Assembly (NCBI RefSeq): GCF_004365815.1
Contig: NZ_SODD01000008.1
Location: 30,001-62,000, forward strand
Direction of reading: 5' to 3'
Source of the DNA: Breznakia blatticola
GTDB taxonomy: Bacteria; Bacillota_I; Bacilli_A; Erysipelotrichales; Erysipelotrichaceae
DNA: 32,000 nucleotides
In this document: one piece after another, positions 1-9,474 of the stretch
Layout of the letters: each line of letters opens with the position of its first letter
Numbering within the stretch: position 1 is the stretch's first letter
Notes under the pieces: model-generated
Databases searched by the model: none
What the model saw: only the letters and a program-made list of their open reading frames with translations
What the model was told of the DNA's origin: nothing
Translations under genes and position numbers: made by a program

Positions 1-1
1 T

Positions 2-898
2 ATTGATTTTAATCGTTATCCAGACAATGATGTTACAATGATTAGAGAAGCATATGCAAGCTATATTGGGGTTGATGCAGATCAAATTATGGTTGGTAAT
101 GGAAGTGATGAAGTTTTAGGATTACTAATTCACTTACGTTTAGGATCGAATAAAACTCTTTATACACTTGAATACGATTTTTCAATGTACGACTATTATG
201 CAACATTGCAAGATGCAAACATTGTACGCTTTCCTTTGAAAGTAGAAGACACATTTGATGTTGATTCATTTATTCAACTTGGAAAGAAAGCGAATCCGGA
301 TTTGATTTGTTTTTCAAATCCAAACAATCCAACAGGACGTTGTATTGAAAAAGAAGATCTTATAAAAATTGTAGAGGCATTTGCGAATACATATGTCATT
401 ATTGATGAAGCATATGCAGAATTCAGCGATAGTTCTATGATTGATCAAGTGGATGTATACAAAAACTTACTAGTGACTAGAACACTATCTAAAGCATTTG
501 GTTTAGCTGCCATTCGTTGTGGAATGATGATTGCACACAAAGAAACGATGGAAACATTACAGACGTATAAAGTGCCCTATAATGTAAATACATTAACTCA
601 AGTCGTGGCTACTAGAGTCCTCCAACAGAAAGAACGTGTGCAAGAAAATATTGAACAAATCAAACAAGCTAGAGATGTTATGTATGAGGATTATGGACGT
701 GATAAACCAAAGAATGTTACACTATATCCATCATGCGCAAACTATTTCTATGGCACAAGTACAAATAAAGAGAAGTTGTTACAACTAATGGATGATGCAC
801 AAATCATCATTCGTAATTTCAAAGATGAATATTTTAGAATAACCGTAGGTTCAAATGAAGATAATAAGAAAGTTATGGATATCTTACGAAAGGTATAA
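2..898 (+). CDS. hisC: histidinol-phosphate aminotransferase, 5' end cut by window edge
   Basis: The frame is open from nt 2 (IDFNRYPDNDVT precedes the track Met). It has class II aminotransferase motifs (NPNNPTG; TRTLSKAFGLAAIRCG with the PLP lysine). It is first in a contiguous his gene string. Confidence 0.9.
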   Translation: MDFNRYPDNDVTMIREAYASYIGVDADQIMVGNGSDEVLGLLIHLRLGSNKTLYTLEYDFSMYDYYATLQDANIVRFPLKVEDTFDVDSFIQLGKKANPDLICFSNPNNPTGRCIEKEDLIKIVEAFANTYVIIDEAYAEFSDSSMIDQVDVYKNLLVTRTLSKAFGLAAIRCGMMIAHKETMETLQTYKVPYNVNTLTQVVATRVLQQKERVQENIEQIKQARDVMYEDYGRDKPKNVTLYPSCANYFYGTSTNKEKLLQLMDDAQIIIRNFKDEYFRITVGSNEDNKKVMDILRKV

Positions 899-907
899 GG
901 TGAAAGT

Positions 908-1492
908 ATGAAACGTATTGCGAGTAAGAAAAGAGATACAAAAGAAACACAAATTGAAATGTCAATCAATCTAGATGGTAGTGGTACATGTGATATTGAT
1001 ACAGGTGTTGGTTTTTTTGATCACATGCTGACGTTGTTTGCATTTCACTCAAATATCGATTTACGCTGTAAAGCAAAAGGAGATTTATATGTAGATGATC
1101 ACCACATGATTGAAGATTGTGGAATTTTGCTTGGTGAACTAATCCAAGATGCTTTAGCAGATAAACGTGGAATCGCACGTTATGGAAGTATGCGTTTAGT
1201 AATGGATGAAACATTATGTACAGTGGATTTGGATATTAGTGGACGTCCATATTTGGTGTTTAATGCATCATTTACACGTGATAACATCAACAATTATTCA
1301 CTAGAAATGACCAAAGAATTCTTCTATGCACTAGCCATGCAAGCACGACTTACATTGCACATCAATATTGCGTATGGAGATAATGATCACCACAAAGTAG
1401 AAGCGATGTTTAAAGGGTTTGGGCGTGCATTGAGACAGGCAATTCGTGTTGAAGGTACAGCAATTCCTTCGAGCAAGGGAGTGATTCAATGA
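908..1492 (+). CDS. hisB: imidazoleglycerol-phosphate dehydratase
   Basis: 194 aa with typical IGPD motifs (GVGFFDHML, DDHHMIED, HHKVEAMFKGFGRAL). An RBS-like AAGGTGAAAG lies upstream. Confidence 0.93.
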   Translation: MKRIASKKRDTKETQIEMSINLDGSGTCDIDTGVGFFDHMLTLFAFHSNIDLRCKAKGDLYVDDHHMIEDCGILLGELIQDALADKRGIARYGSMRLVMDETLCTVDLDISGRPYLVFNASFTRDNINNYSLEMTKEFFYALAMQARLTLHINIAYGDNDHHKVEAMFKGFGRALRQAIRVEGTAIPSSKGVIQ

Positions 1493-2112
1493 TAGCGATT
1501 ATTGATTATGGGTTAGGAAATCTACATAGTGTAAAAAATGCTTTAGATACACTAGGTGCGAAAACGATAATTACGTCGGATCCATACGAAATCGAACGTG
1601 CTGATGGGGTTATTTTACCTGGTGTTGGTGCATTTGAAGAAGCGATGCAAAATCTAAATAAACGAAACTTGATTGATGTTGTGTATCAAGTTGTAAAAAA
1701 CAAAACACCACTATTAGGTATTTGCTTGGGTATGCAGGTTATGTTTGAAAGAGGATATGAAGGCCAAATTACAGACGGGTTTTCTTTCTTTAAAGGAGAA
1801 GTTACACGTATCAAAGTGGATGGAAAAATTCCACATATGGGTTGGAATCAACTTGAATATACACAAGATGATGTGCTTATTGATAAAGAACAAGATGCAT
1901 ATGTGTATTTTGTACACAGTTTTGTTGCTACAAACTATGATGAAGATGATCTAGTTGCGTATAGTATGTATGGGAATGCAAAAATTCCTGCGTATTTTCA
2001 TAAGGGACAAATTTATGCGATGCAATATCACCCTGAAAAAAGTGGTGAAGTTGGACTTGCAATGCTAAAGAAATTTATGGAGGTGTGTGATGATTATTCT
2101 ACCAGCAATTGA
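1489..2112 (+). CDS. hisH: imidazole glycerol phosphate synthase, glutamine amidotransferase subunit
   Basis: IAIIDYGLGNLHSV, LPGVGAF, GICLGMQ (catalytic Cys) and QYHPEKS motifs. The ATGA start overlaps the hisB stop. Confidence 0.93.
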   Translation: MIAIIDYGLGNLHSVKNALDTLGAKTIITSDPYEIERADGVILPGVGAFEEAMQNLNKRNLIDVVYQVVKNKTPLLGICLGMQVMFERGYEGQITDGFSFFKGEVTRIKVDGKIPHMGWNQLEYTQDDVLIDKEQDAYVYFVHSFVATNYDEDDLVAYSMYGNAKIPAYFHKGQIYAMQYHPEKSGEVGLAMLKKFMEVCDDYSTSN

Positions 2113-2821
2113 TATACTTGATGGAAAACCTGTTCGTTTATACAAAGGGGATTACAATCAAGTGGAACGTGTTGACGGAAGTATCTTAGAACTTGCCAAA
2201 CAATTTGAAGCGGCAGGTGCACAGTATATACACCTTGTGGATTTGGATGGGGCAAAAGATGGAATGCTAAAAAATGCACAGGCTATTGTTGAAGTTGCCA
2301 AAACCTTATCGATACCTATTGAAATCGGTGGTGGAATTCGCAACATGGAAGCAATTGATTACTATCTAAAAAACGGTGTAAGTCGTGTGATATTAGGAAC
2401 GGTTGCTTTAGAAAATCCAGATTTTCTAGCACAAGCACTTGCTAGTTATGGGGATAAGATTGCAGTCGGTGTAGACTTTAAAGACGGTTATGTATATGGT
2501 CGTGGTTGGCTTGAAGCAAGTAATGAACACTATTTAGACTTCACAAAGAAGCTTGAAAACATGGGTGTGAAAACAATTATTGTGACAGATATCTCAAAAG
2601 ATGGAACACTGAGTGGAATAAATGCATCGATGTATCAAGAATTGCAAAACCATGTCAACATGCAAATTATTGCCAGTGGTGGAATTAAAGATATTGATGA
2701 TATTGCTGCACTTGCAAAGATTAAAAATTTCTATGGTGCAATTACAGGTAAGGCTATGTATCATAAAACGCTTGATTTAAAACAAGCGATTGCAGTTGCA
2801 AAGGGGGAAATCTCATGCTAA
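2090..2821 (+). CDS. hisA: ProFAR isomerase (1-(5-phosphoribosyl)-5-[(5-phosphoribosylamino)methylideneamino]imidazole-4-carboxamide isomerase)
   Basis: [24 protein letters not shown] and GGGIR motifs. I prefer the ATG at 2090 (GGAGG 6 nt upstream) over the track GTG at 2087. Confidence 0.92.
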   Translation: MIILPAIDILDGKPVRLYKGDYNQVERVDGSILELAKQFEAAGAQYIHLVDLDGAKDGMLKNAQAIVEVAKTLSIPIEIGGGIRNMEAIDYYLKNGVSRVILGTVALENPDFLAQALASYGDKIAVGVDFKDGYVYGRGWLEASNEHYLDFTKKLENMGVKTIIVTDISKDGTLSGINASMYQELQNHVNMQIIASGGIKDIDDIAALAKIKNFYGAITGKAMYHKTLDLKQAIAVAKGEISC

Positions 2822-3576
2822 CAAAACGAATCATTCCTTGTTTAGATGTAAGAGAAGGAAAAGTGGTGAAAGGAGTCAACTTTGTTGGAATCAAAGAAGT
2901 TGGTGATCCCGTTACTTTAGCTAAAGAATACTATACACAAGGAGCAGATGAGATTGTGTTTTTAGATATTACAGCAACACATGAAGAACGTAAAACGATG
3001 GTTGATGTTGCAAATGATGTCGCAAAAGAAATCTACATTCCTTTTACGATTGGTGGTGGGATTCGCTCAGTTGAAGATATGCGTAACATGTTGTTAGCTG
3101 GTGCAGATAAAATTTCATTAAACTCTGCAGCTATTAAGCAACCAGAGTTAATTTCACAAGGAGCGAAAGCTTTTGGTTCGCAATGCGTAGTAGTCGCAAT
3201 TGATGCAAAGAAACGCGAAGATAACAGTGGATGGAATGTATTTGTTGCTGGTGGTCGTATTGATACAGGATTGGATTTACTTGATTGGGTAAAAACAGCG
3301 GTTGATTTAGGTGCAGGAGAAATCTTGCTAACAAGTATGGATGCAGATGGAACCAAACAAGGATTTGATATAGAGATGTTACGTGCCGTCAATGCCATTA
3401 TTGACGTGCCACTTATTGCGAGTGGCGGATGTGGAAGTCTTGAAGATTTTTATGAAGTCTTCAAAGAAGATGTAGCTGATGCAGCATTAGCAGCTAGTTT
3501 ATTTCATTATGGTGAATTAACTGTTGGACAAGTAAAGCGTTACTTAGATGAGCGCGGCATTCCAGTGAGGGTTTAA
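2815..3576 (+). CDS. hisF: imidazole glycerol phosphate synthase, cyclase subunit
   Basis: [31 protein letters not shown] and IASGG motifs. It overlaps the hisA stop. Confidence 0.94.
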   Translation: MLTKRIIPCLDVREGKVVKGVNFVGIKEVGDPVTLAKEYYTQGADEIVFLDITATHEERKTMVDVANDVAKEIYIPFTIGGGIRSVEDMRNMLLAGADKISLNSAAIKQPELISQGAKAFGSQCVVVAIDAKKREDNSGWNVFVAGGRIDTGLDLLDWVKTAVDLGAGEILLTSMDADGTKQGFDIEMLRAVNAIIDVPLIASGGCGSLEDFYEVFKEDVADAALAASLFHYGELTVGQVKRYLDERGIPVRV

Positions 3577-3577
3577 G

Positions 3578-3895
3578 ATGATTGATAAAATAGATTTTGC
3601 AAAACAAGGTGGATTAGTTCCAGTAATTGTACAAGAAGAAGGAAGCAATGAAATCTTGATGCTTGCATATATGAATGAAGAAAGCTTACAAAAAACAATC
3701 GACACAAAGCTAGCGACATATTACTCACGTAGTCGAAACGAACTTTGGCTAAAAGGTGAAACAAGTGGGCATTATCAACACGTGGTTCATATGTATTTGG
3801 ATTGCGATTATGATACAATATTGTTAGTTGTGAAACAGGATGGAGTTGCCTGTCATACAGGTGAAAAATCATGTTTCTTTCATAAAGTTTTATAG
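3578..3895 (+). CDS. hisI: phosphoribosyl-AMP cyclohydrolase (monofunctional)
   Basis: 105 aa with [26 protein letters not shown] and [20 protein letters not shown] motifs. Confidence 0.9.
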   Translation: MIDKIDFAKQGGLVPVIVQEEGSNEILMLAYMNEESLQKTIDTKLATYYSRSRNELWLKGETSGHYQHVVHMYLDCDYDTILLVVKQDGVACHTGEKSCFFHKVL

Positions 3896-3903
3896 GAGGA
3901 CGT

Positions 3904-4236
3904 ATGGCAAAAAATGAATTACAAGTGTTATATGAAACACTACTTGATCGAAAAGAACATGCAGAAGTTGGAAGCTATACTGCATATTTATATGAAAAAG
4001 GTTTAGAAAAAATCTTGAAAAAAATCGGTGAAGAAGCAACCGAAGTCATTATTGCAGCAATGAAGGAAAATAATAAAGAGGAAATCGTAAATGAAATTAG
4101 CGATTTACTTTACCACCTTTTTGTCTTAATGGCAGAAAAGAATATTACATTGGATGATGTAAATAATGAACTTGAAAAACGTAGTCAAAAAAGTGGGAAC
4201 TTAAAACCAGAAAGAAAACCTGTGGAGAAATATTAA
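3904..4236 (+). CDS. hisE: phosphoribosyl-ATP pyrophosphatase (monofunctional)
   Basis: 110 aa MazG-like fold. SYTAYLYEKG..KILKKIGEEATEVIIAA...EISDLLYHLFVLM is the classic HisE pattern. Confidence 0.9.
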   Translation: MAKNELQVLYETLLDRKEHAEVGSYTAYLYEKGLEKILKKIGEEATEVIIAAMKENNKEEIVNEISDLLYHLFVLMAEKNITLDDVNNELEKRSQKSGNLKPERKPVEKY

Positions 4237-5006
4237 TGCAGTCATTTAATTATCATACACATACCGTTCGTTGTGGACATGCAGTTGGAAAAGATGAAGA
4301 ATATATTCAAAATGCAATCAAATCAGGCTTTCAAGTACTTGGTTTTAGTGAACATTTAGGATATGATGGTTGGGACGATCCACAAGAGCGAATTCCGTTT
4401 CTTGAAATGGATGCCTACTTTCAACGTATGTATGAACTAAAAGAGAAGTATAAAGATCAAATTGAAATCCGTGTAGGTGTTGAGTTCGAATATTTTGAAG
4501 ATAAGAAAGAATACCTTAAGGATGTTCAATCACGTTGTGACTATATGATTGTTGGTCAACATGCAAAAAACTTTGATCACTATTATGATCATGGCTGTAG
4601 TGATGATGATGTAGATTATATGGCAGAACAAATCATTGCAGCATTAGATGCAAAATTGACTACATATGTAGCACATGTGGATTACTTTATGCTAGGAAAA
4701 GAAGATTTCACCAAACGCAATGAAGAAGCAATCGCACGTATTTGTGATGCCGTAAATCGCAATGATGCAGTCTTAGAAATCAATCTTAAAGGGATGAAGT
4801 ATGGTAAGAAGGTATATCCTACAGGAATGCAATATATGTATCCACACTATGATGTGTTTAAAATTATTGCAAACAAAGGATGTAAGGTTGTCTTTGGGTA
4901 TGATGCACATAACCCAAGTGTGCTACTCGATCGCTCTTTGGAGCAAATAGCACAAAAAGAAATGCAAGGTTTACAATTGCATTTTATTGACACATTAAAA
5001 TTATAG
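4236..5006 (+). CDS. hisJ: PHP-family histidinol-phosphatase
   Basis: N-terminal YHTHTVRCGHA PHP metal motif, 256 aa. It is last in the his string with a TAATG overlap onto hisE. Confidence 0.8.
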   Translation: MQSFNYHTHTVRCGHAVGKDEEYIQNAIKSGFQVLGFSEHLGYDGWDDPQERIPFLEMDAYFQRMYELKEKYKDQIEIRVGVEFEYFEDKKEYLKDVQSRCDYMIVGQHAKNFDHYYDHGCSDDDVDYMAEQIIAALDAKLTTYVAHVDYFMLGKEDFTKRNEEAIARICDAVNRNDAVLEINLKGMKYGKKVYPTGMQYMYPHYDVFKIIANKGCKVVFGYDAHNPSVLLDRSLEQIAQKEMQGLQLHFIDTLKL

Positions 5007-5014
5007 GAGTATGT

Positions 5015-5884
5015 ATGATTCGATTATTTGTAAGTGATTTAGATGGAACTTTATTGAATGAGGACCATGTGGTAAGTAAAGAAAATATTAAAGCGGTTGA
5101 AATGTTACGTCATCATGGCGTTTCTTTTATGCCAGCAAGTGGAAGAGACTATTTAGCTTTACAGCAAGCAATAGAACCAATTGATGTTCGACCAAAGTGT
5201 ATTGCTTTAAATGGAGCGCAGTTCTATGATAATCAAGGCAATTGTTTAGTTGTAAATCCATTAGAACGTGATGCAATTGTTGAAATTCAAGCAATTCTTG
5301 ACACATTTGGACTTTCTCCTGACTATTATGCTACAGAAGGTCGTTATGCATTTTATGAAGGTGATGATTTTATCGGTTATGTTCGTGAAAGAATTTTAAG
5401 ATTATTTCATGGAGAAAAACAAGAAAACTTAGATGAAATCATTAAAAACTTTACAAAGGACTATCATGTTGAAAGTAATCTTACAAATATTTTGGATTTA
5501 GAGATTTTAAAATTAGAAATTATTTGCACTGATGCACAAAATAAAATCGATGTACAAAAAGCACTTGAAGTAGTTCAAGGTATTACCGTAACATCGTCAC
5601 ACGAATTGAACCTTGAAGTGAATGCTTTAGCAGCAACAAAAGGACATGCAATTCAACAAGTATGTGATGTGTATGGGTATAAACCTGAAGAAGTACTCGT
5701 AGTTGGTGATGGCTTAAATGACATCTCAATGCTTGAGAAATTCGAGAATTCATATGCGATGGGACAGGCAAGTAAAACAGTTAAAAATGCTGCAAATTAT
5801 GTAGCATTAAGCAATGAAGAAGATGGAATTGCAAAACTGATCTATAAAGTATTAGAAGACAATGAAAAAGAAGCAAATCAATAA
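5015..5884 (+). CDS. Cof-type HAD-IIB phosphatase
   Basis: LFVSDLDGTLL (motif I), SGRDY, and GDGLNDISML plus NAANYV C-terminal motifs. Confidence 0.85.
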   Translation: MIRLFVSDLDGTLLNEDHVVSKENIKAVEMLRHHGVSFMPASGRDYLALQQAIEPIDVRPKCIALNGAQFYDNQGNCLVVNPLERDAIVEIQAILDTFGLSPDYYATEGRYAFYEGDDFIGYVRERILRLFHGEKQENLDEIIKNFTKDYHVESNLTNILDLEILKLEIICTDAQNKIDVQKALEVVQGITVTSSHELNLEVNALAATKGHAIQQVCDVYGYKPEEVLVVGDGLNDISMLEKFENSYAMGQASKTVKNAANYVALSNEEDGIAKLIYKVLEDNEKEANQ

Positions 5885-5910
5885 TGTGATATGATACGCT
5901 TCTTTTTTTA

Positions 5911-6789
5911 CTATTTTGCTTCCCAACGTCCGTAGATTCCACATGGCAAAACTTGATTTGTATATGTGATTGGTAATCCAATTTCACCACAAGTAACTTG
6001 ACCTTGGCCTTGTTGCTTTTTCACGGTTAAGTGTAAAACATTTTCTAGTACAGTTGCCCCTAATCCGGTTGTATACGAGTTTACTAGGAAAAATAATGCA
6101 TCTTTATCTAAGATATCTAGACAAGCAGAGATTAGTGGATACAATTGTTCTTCAATTTTCCACATTTCACCATTTGGTCCTCTTCCATAACTTGGTGGAT
6201 CCATAATAATTGCGTGATATGTACGTCCACGTCTTGCTTCGCGTTTTACGAACTTGACACAGTCTTCAACAATAAAACGAATTTTCTTATCTGTTAGATG
6301 ACTGAGTTGCATATTTTCTTTTGCCCAGTTGACCATTCCTTTTGATGCATCAACGTGAACTACTTCACTTGCGCCTGCACTGGCACATGCAAGAGTTGCT
6401 CCACCAGTATAAGCAAATAGATTTAAAACTCGAATGTCATCACGTCCACTATTTCTAATTGTATCCATCATATAGTCCCAGTTTGCTGCTTGCTCAGGGA
6501 ATAAACCTGTGTGTTTAAATCCTGTAGGGCTAACTTTGAAAGTCAGTTCTTTATATGAAATTGTCCAATGTTCAGGAACTTTCTTGATAAACTCCCAATG
6601 ACCACCGCCAGATTTTGAGCGATGATAATGCGCGTCAACTTTTCTCCACATAGAGTTTGACGTATCGACTGGCCATATAACTTGAGGATCTGGACGACGT
6701 AAAATCACGTTCTTCCAACGCTCTAATTTTTCTCCATTTCCACAATCTATACATTCATAATCTTTCCAGTTATTTGCTATTAATTTCAT
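5911..6789 (-). CDS. class I SAM-dependent methyltransferase (RlmI/YwbD-like catalytic domain)
   Basis: VLNLFAYTGGATLACA..VVHVDAS SAM-binding motif and IIMDPPSYGRG motif. I prefer the ATG at 6789 (GAGGTG upstream) over the track GTG at 6795. Confidence 0.8.
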   Translation of the reverse strand: MKLIANNWKDYECIDCGNGEKLERWKNVILRRPDPQVIWPVDTSNSMWRKVDAHYHRSKSGGGHWEFIKKVPEHWTISYKELTFKVSPTGFKHTGLFPEQAANWDYMMDTIRNSGRDDIRVLNLFAYTGGATLACASAGASEVVHVDASKGMVNWAKENMQLSHLTDKKIRFIVEDCVKFVKREARRGRTYHAIIMDPPSYGRGPNGEMWKIEEQLYPLISACLDILDKDALFFLVNSYTTGLGATVLENVLHLTVKKQQGQGQVTCGEIGLPITYTNQVLPCGIYGRWEAK

Positions 6790-6899
6790 AGACACCTCAT
6801 AATTTCTTTTCCTATTATACCATGGTGTGCAATTGTTTAAAAAAGGAATCTACATTATTTGATTTATGGTATAATGTTTTGGTATATGCAGGAGGCACT

Positions 6900-7538
6900 A
6901 TGAAAAAACTTGGAAAATTATTTCTTGTCGCAATGCTGATTACTTTGGTCGCATGTGGTGGATCAAAGAATGATGAAGTAGAAGTGGCAAAGACACAAAT
7001 AAAAACAAATGAAGTATATGAAGCACCAAAAAATGCATTTGAATATCAAGTGGTAACTTACAATGAATTAACAGATGCACTTAAATCAAATGATGAAGAA
7101 AAAATTGCAAATTTAGTTGCACAAAACTTTGCGATTGATTTCTTTAGTTTAAAAAATAAAGAAAGTTCAGAAGATGTTGGTGGATTAACATACATCCCTG
7201 AAGATCGTCGTGAGGAATGGAAGACGTTTGCCATGAACTACGTATATGCAAATTACCGTTTCATCAGTGATGATTATGGAAAAGCAAACTTACCAGTCGT
7301 AAGTGAAGCGAAAGTAACAAATACGACTACAGAAGCATTAAGTTATACAGTTACAGTTCCTGGAAATGAAGCTGAAGGAACAACAGATACGGTAGAAACA
7401 CAAGATTTTGATGCATATGTTGTTACAATTTCAATTTCATATGAAGATACAAGTGTAAAAGCTGATGAATTGAAAAGTGAAGCAACGATTTATGTCATCA
7501 ACAACAATGGTCGCTTAGAAATTATCAAACTTCAATAA
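6900..7538 (+). CDS. lipoprotein of unknown function
   Basis: MKKLGKLFLVAMLITLVACGG is a signal peptide with a lipobox Cys. GCAGGAGG RBS and a TGgTATAAT promoter lie upstream. The track N-terminal extension from 6822 is unlikely. Confidence 0.8.
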   Translation: MKKLGKLFLVAMLITLVACGGSKNDEVEVAKTQIKTNEVYEAPKNAFEYQVVTYNELTDALKSNDEEKIANLVAQNFAIDFFSLKNKESSEDVGGLTYIPEDRREEWKTFAMNYVYANYRFISDDYGKANLPVVSEAKVTNTTTEALSYTVTVPGNEAEGTTDTVETQDFDAYVVTISISYEDTSVKADELKSEATIYVINNNGRLEIIKLQ

Positions 7539-7539
7539 T

Positions 7540-7998
7540 ATGGATGTATGTCTAATTGAAGATGTAAAACAAAAAGAAACTATTGCGCGTGCGGTGTTAG
7601 AGCGGTTAGAGACTTGGTTTGGTATAGAAAGTTCACGTGAAAATTATATCGAGCAAACACGTAATGAAATTTGTTTTGTAGTATTTGAAACAAATAAACC
7701 AGTTGGTTTTATTAGTTTGAAAAAAACAAGCGAAGTAACTTTAGAAGTAACAGTAATGGGTGTTTATATCGATAAACAACGAAAAGGATATGGTCATGCT
7801 TTACTTCAACAAGCAGAAATCTATGCAAAAAATCATGGATACAAAATGCTTCAAGTAAAAACAGTCGCAAGTGGACATTATGCATCGTATGATCAAACGA
7901 ATTTGTTTTACCAAAAGGAAGGTTTTCTACCAGTAGAGATATTTCCAACCTTATGGGATGCTCATAATCCTTGCCAACTCTATGTAAAATGTATATAA
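7540..7998 (+). CDS. GNAT family N-acetyltransferase
   Basis: 152 aa with VMGVYIDKQRKGYGHALL, the acetyl-CoA binding Q/RxxGxG/A-like motif. There is no SD. The start is 1 nt after the upstream stop, suggesting translational coupling. Confidence 0.75.
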   Translation: MDVCLIEDVKQKETIARAVLERLETWFGIESSRENYIEQTRNEICFVVFETNKPVGFISLKKTSEVTLEVTVMGVYIDKQRKGYGHALLQQAEIYAKNHGYKMLQVKTVASGHYASYDQTNLFYQKEGFLPVEIFPTLWDAHNPCQLYVKCI

Positions 7999-8026
7999 AA
8001 AAAGGAACTCGTAAGTTCCTTTTTTT
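7997..8026. terminator. bidirectional intrinsic terminator between convergent genes
   Basis: The hairpin GGAACT-cgta-AGTTCC is flanked by an A-run and a T-run. Confidence 0.8.
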
Positions 8027-8867
8027 AGAAGTTTGCTGTATCTGGATCTGTGTTAGAGTTTGTATCCTCATAAGGTAATGCGTCGATATAATTCATGTCT
8101 TCTGTTGTGATATCAAAATCAAAGACATCTAAGTTAGAGGCAATACGCTCTGGATTTGTTGAACGAGGTAGTGGCAAGAAGTCATGTTGTAAGTGCCAAC
8201 GTAAAAGTAATTGTCCAACATTTTTATTGTATTTTGCAGCTAATTCCACGATTTCTTTTTTCTGAATCAAATCACCGCTTGCTAATGGGCTCCAAGCTTC
8301 AATTAGAATTTCATGTTCACGGCAATACGCTACCGTTTCTTTATGTAATTGACCAGGGTGTAATTCAATTTGATTCACCATTGGTGCAATTTCCATTGTT
8401 TTCTCTAATTCTTGCAGATGGTGTGGTAAGAAGTTTGATACTCCAATTGCACGCACCTTTCCTTCTTTATATAAGTATTCCATCGCTTTCCATGAAGCAG
8501 CATTCATCGCTTGCCAGTTCTCACGATATTTTACTGGGTTTGGCCAGTGAATTAAATATAAATCAATATAGTCTACACCTAGTTTTTCTAGTGAAGTGTT
8601 AAATGCATCCAGTGTTTCGTCATAACCGCGTACGTCGTTCCATAGTTTTGTTGTGATGAATAGACTTTCACGATCTACATTTGCATCACGAATGGCTTCA
8701 CCAACGAACTCTTCATTGGCATACACTGCAGATGTATCAATATGTGTATATCCTGCTTTAATTGCTTCTTTCACGCTTGGATAAGCGAGTTCTCTTGTGT
8801 TTAATTTCCAAGTACCAAATCCAATTCTTGGAATTTCAACACCATTTTTTAATGTATAGTTTTGCAT
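8025..8867 (-). CDS. aldo/keto reductase (2,5-diketo-D-gluconate reductase-like)
   Basis: GFGTWK, YTHIDTSAVY, LWN, DLYLIHWP and IEAWSPL motifs. 280 aa. Confidence 0.88.
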   Translation of the reverse strand: MQNYTLKNGVEIPRIGFGTWKLNTRELAYPSVKEAIKAGYTHIDTSAVYANEEFVGEAIRDANVDRESLFITTKLWNDVRGYDETLDAFNTSLEKLGVDYIDLYLIHWPNPVKYRENWQAMNAASWKAMEYLYKEGKVRAIGVSNFLPHHLQELEKTMEIAPMVNQIELHPGQLHKETVAYCREHEILIEAWSPLASGDLIQKKEIVELAAKYNKNVGQLLLRWHLQHDFLPLPRSTNPERIASNLDVFDFDITTEDMNYIDALPYEDTNSNTDPDTANF

Positions 8868-8878
8868 AATTTTCTCCT

Positions 8879-9391
8879 TTAGTATGTATTGTGATGCACG
8901 ATTGCATCAATTTCGCGTCTTGGACGTTTTGCATATGGTTCATTTGCATATCCTAGAGGCATAAGGGCAACAACTTTATAAGTTTCTGGAATGTTTAGTA
9001 AGGTTTTTACTTCTTCTTCAGGGAATACACCAACCCAGCAAGTACCTAATCCTTGATTTGTTGCTTCTAGGCTTGCGTGCGTAATTGCGATTGCTGTATC
9101 TGCCATGTAGTATGGTTTTTCATCACGTAGTCCACTACTGTCTGGTCGAGCAATGAATACAAGGTTATGTGAACACATCGTATAGGCACTTTCACTTGGG
9201 TTATAGCGCACAAGGGCACCTAGTTTTTCTAATGTTTGACGATCATCAACCACAATCACTTCAAAGCATTGTTTGTTTTTCCAAGTTGGAGCACTTTGAA
9301 TTGCATGAAGAACTTCTTGTAACTTTTCATCTTCTACAACTTTGTCGTGATATTTTCGAATACTACAACGTTTATTAAAAACTTCTAACAT
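8879..9391 (-). CDS. nitroreductase family protein
   Basis: RCSIRKY N-terminal motif, 170 aa, with a GLGTCWVG region. AAGGAGG RBS and a TATAAT promoter lie upstream on the - strand. Confidence 0.82.
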   Translation of the reverse strand: MLEVFNKRCSIRKYHDKVVEDEKLQEVLHAIQSAPTWKNKQCFEVIVVDDRQTLEKLGALVRYNPSESAYTMCSHNLVFIARPDSSGLRDEKPYYMADTAIAITHASLEATNQGLGTCWVGVFPEEEVKTLLNIPETYKVVALMPLGYANEPYAKRPRREIDAIVHHNTY

Positions 9392-9459
9392 TATGAATCC
9401 TCCTTAACTATGTACATTATAAGACAATTTATTAAAAATGAAAAACATATGCAACTTTA

Positions 9460-9468
9460 TGATACAAT
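9460..9468 (+). promoter_or_regulatory. extended -10 promoter (TGaTACAAT) placed for a leaderless transcript
   Basis: The -10 element ends 6 nt before the ATG at 9475. No SD lies in between (acggac). Confidence 0.5.
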
Positions 9469-9474
9469 ACGGAC

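Noticed and set aside
3033-3398. Long antisense ORFs in the track, for example 3033-3398(-), 8156-8602(+), 13153-13620(-), 14946-15272(-), 27447-27749(+) and 31125-31421(-).
   Set aside because: Each lies entirely inside a well-supported gene on the opposite strand. They have low-complexity or odd composition and no RBS. They are shadow ORFs typical of AT-rich DNA.
3578-4236. Split hisI and hisE as a frameshifted hisIE pseudogene.
   Set aside because: Both ORFs are full length, each with its own start and RBS and an 8-nt spacer. Monofunctional HisI and HisE occur naturally.
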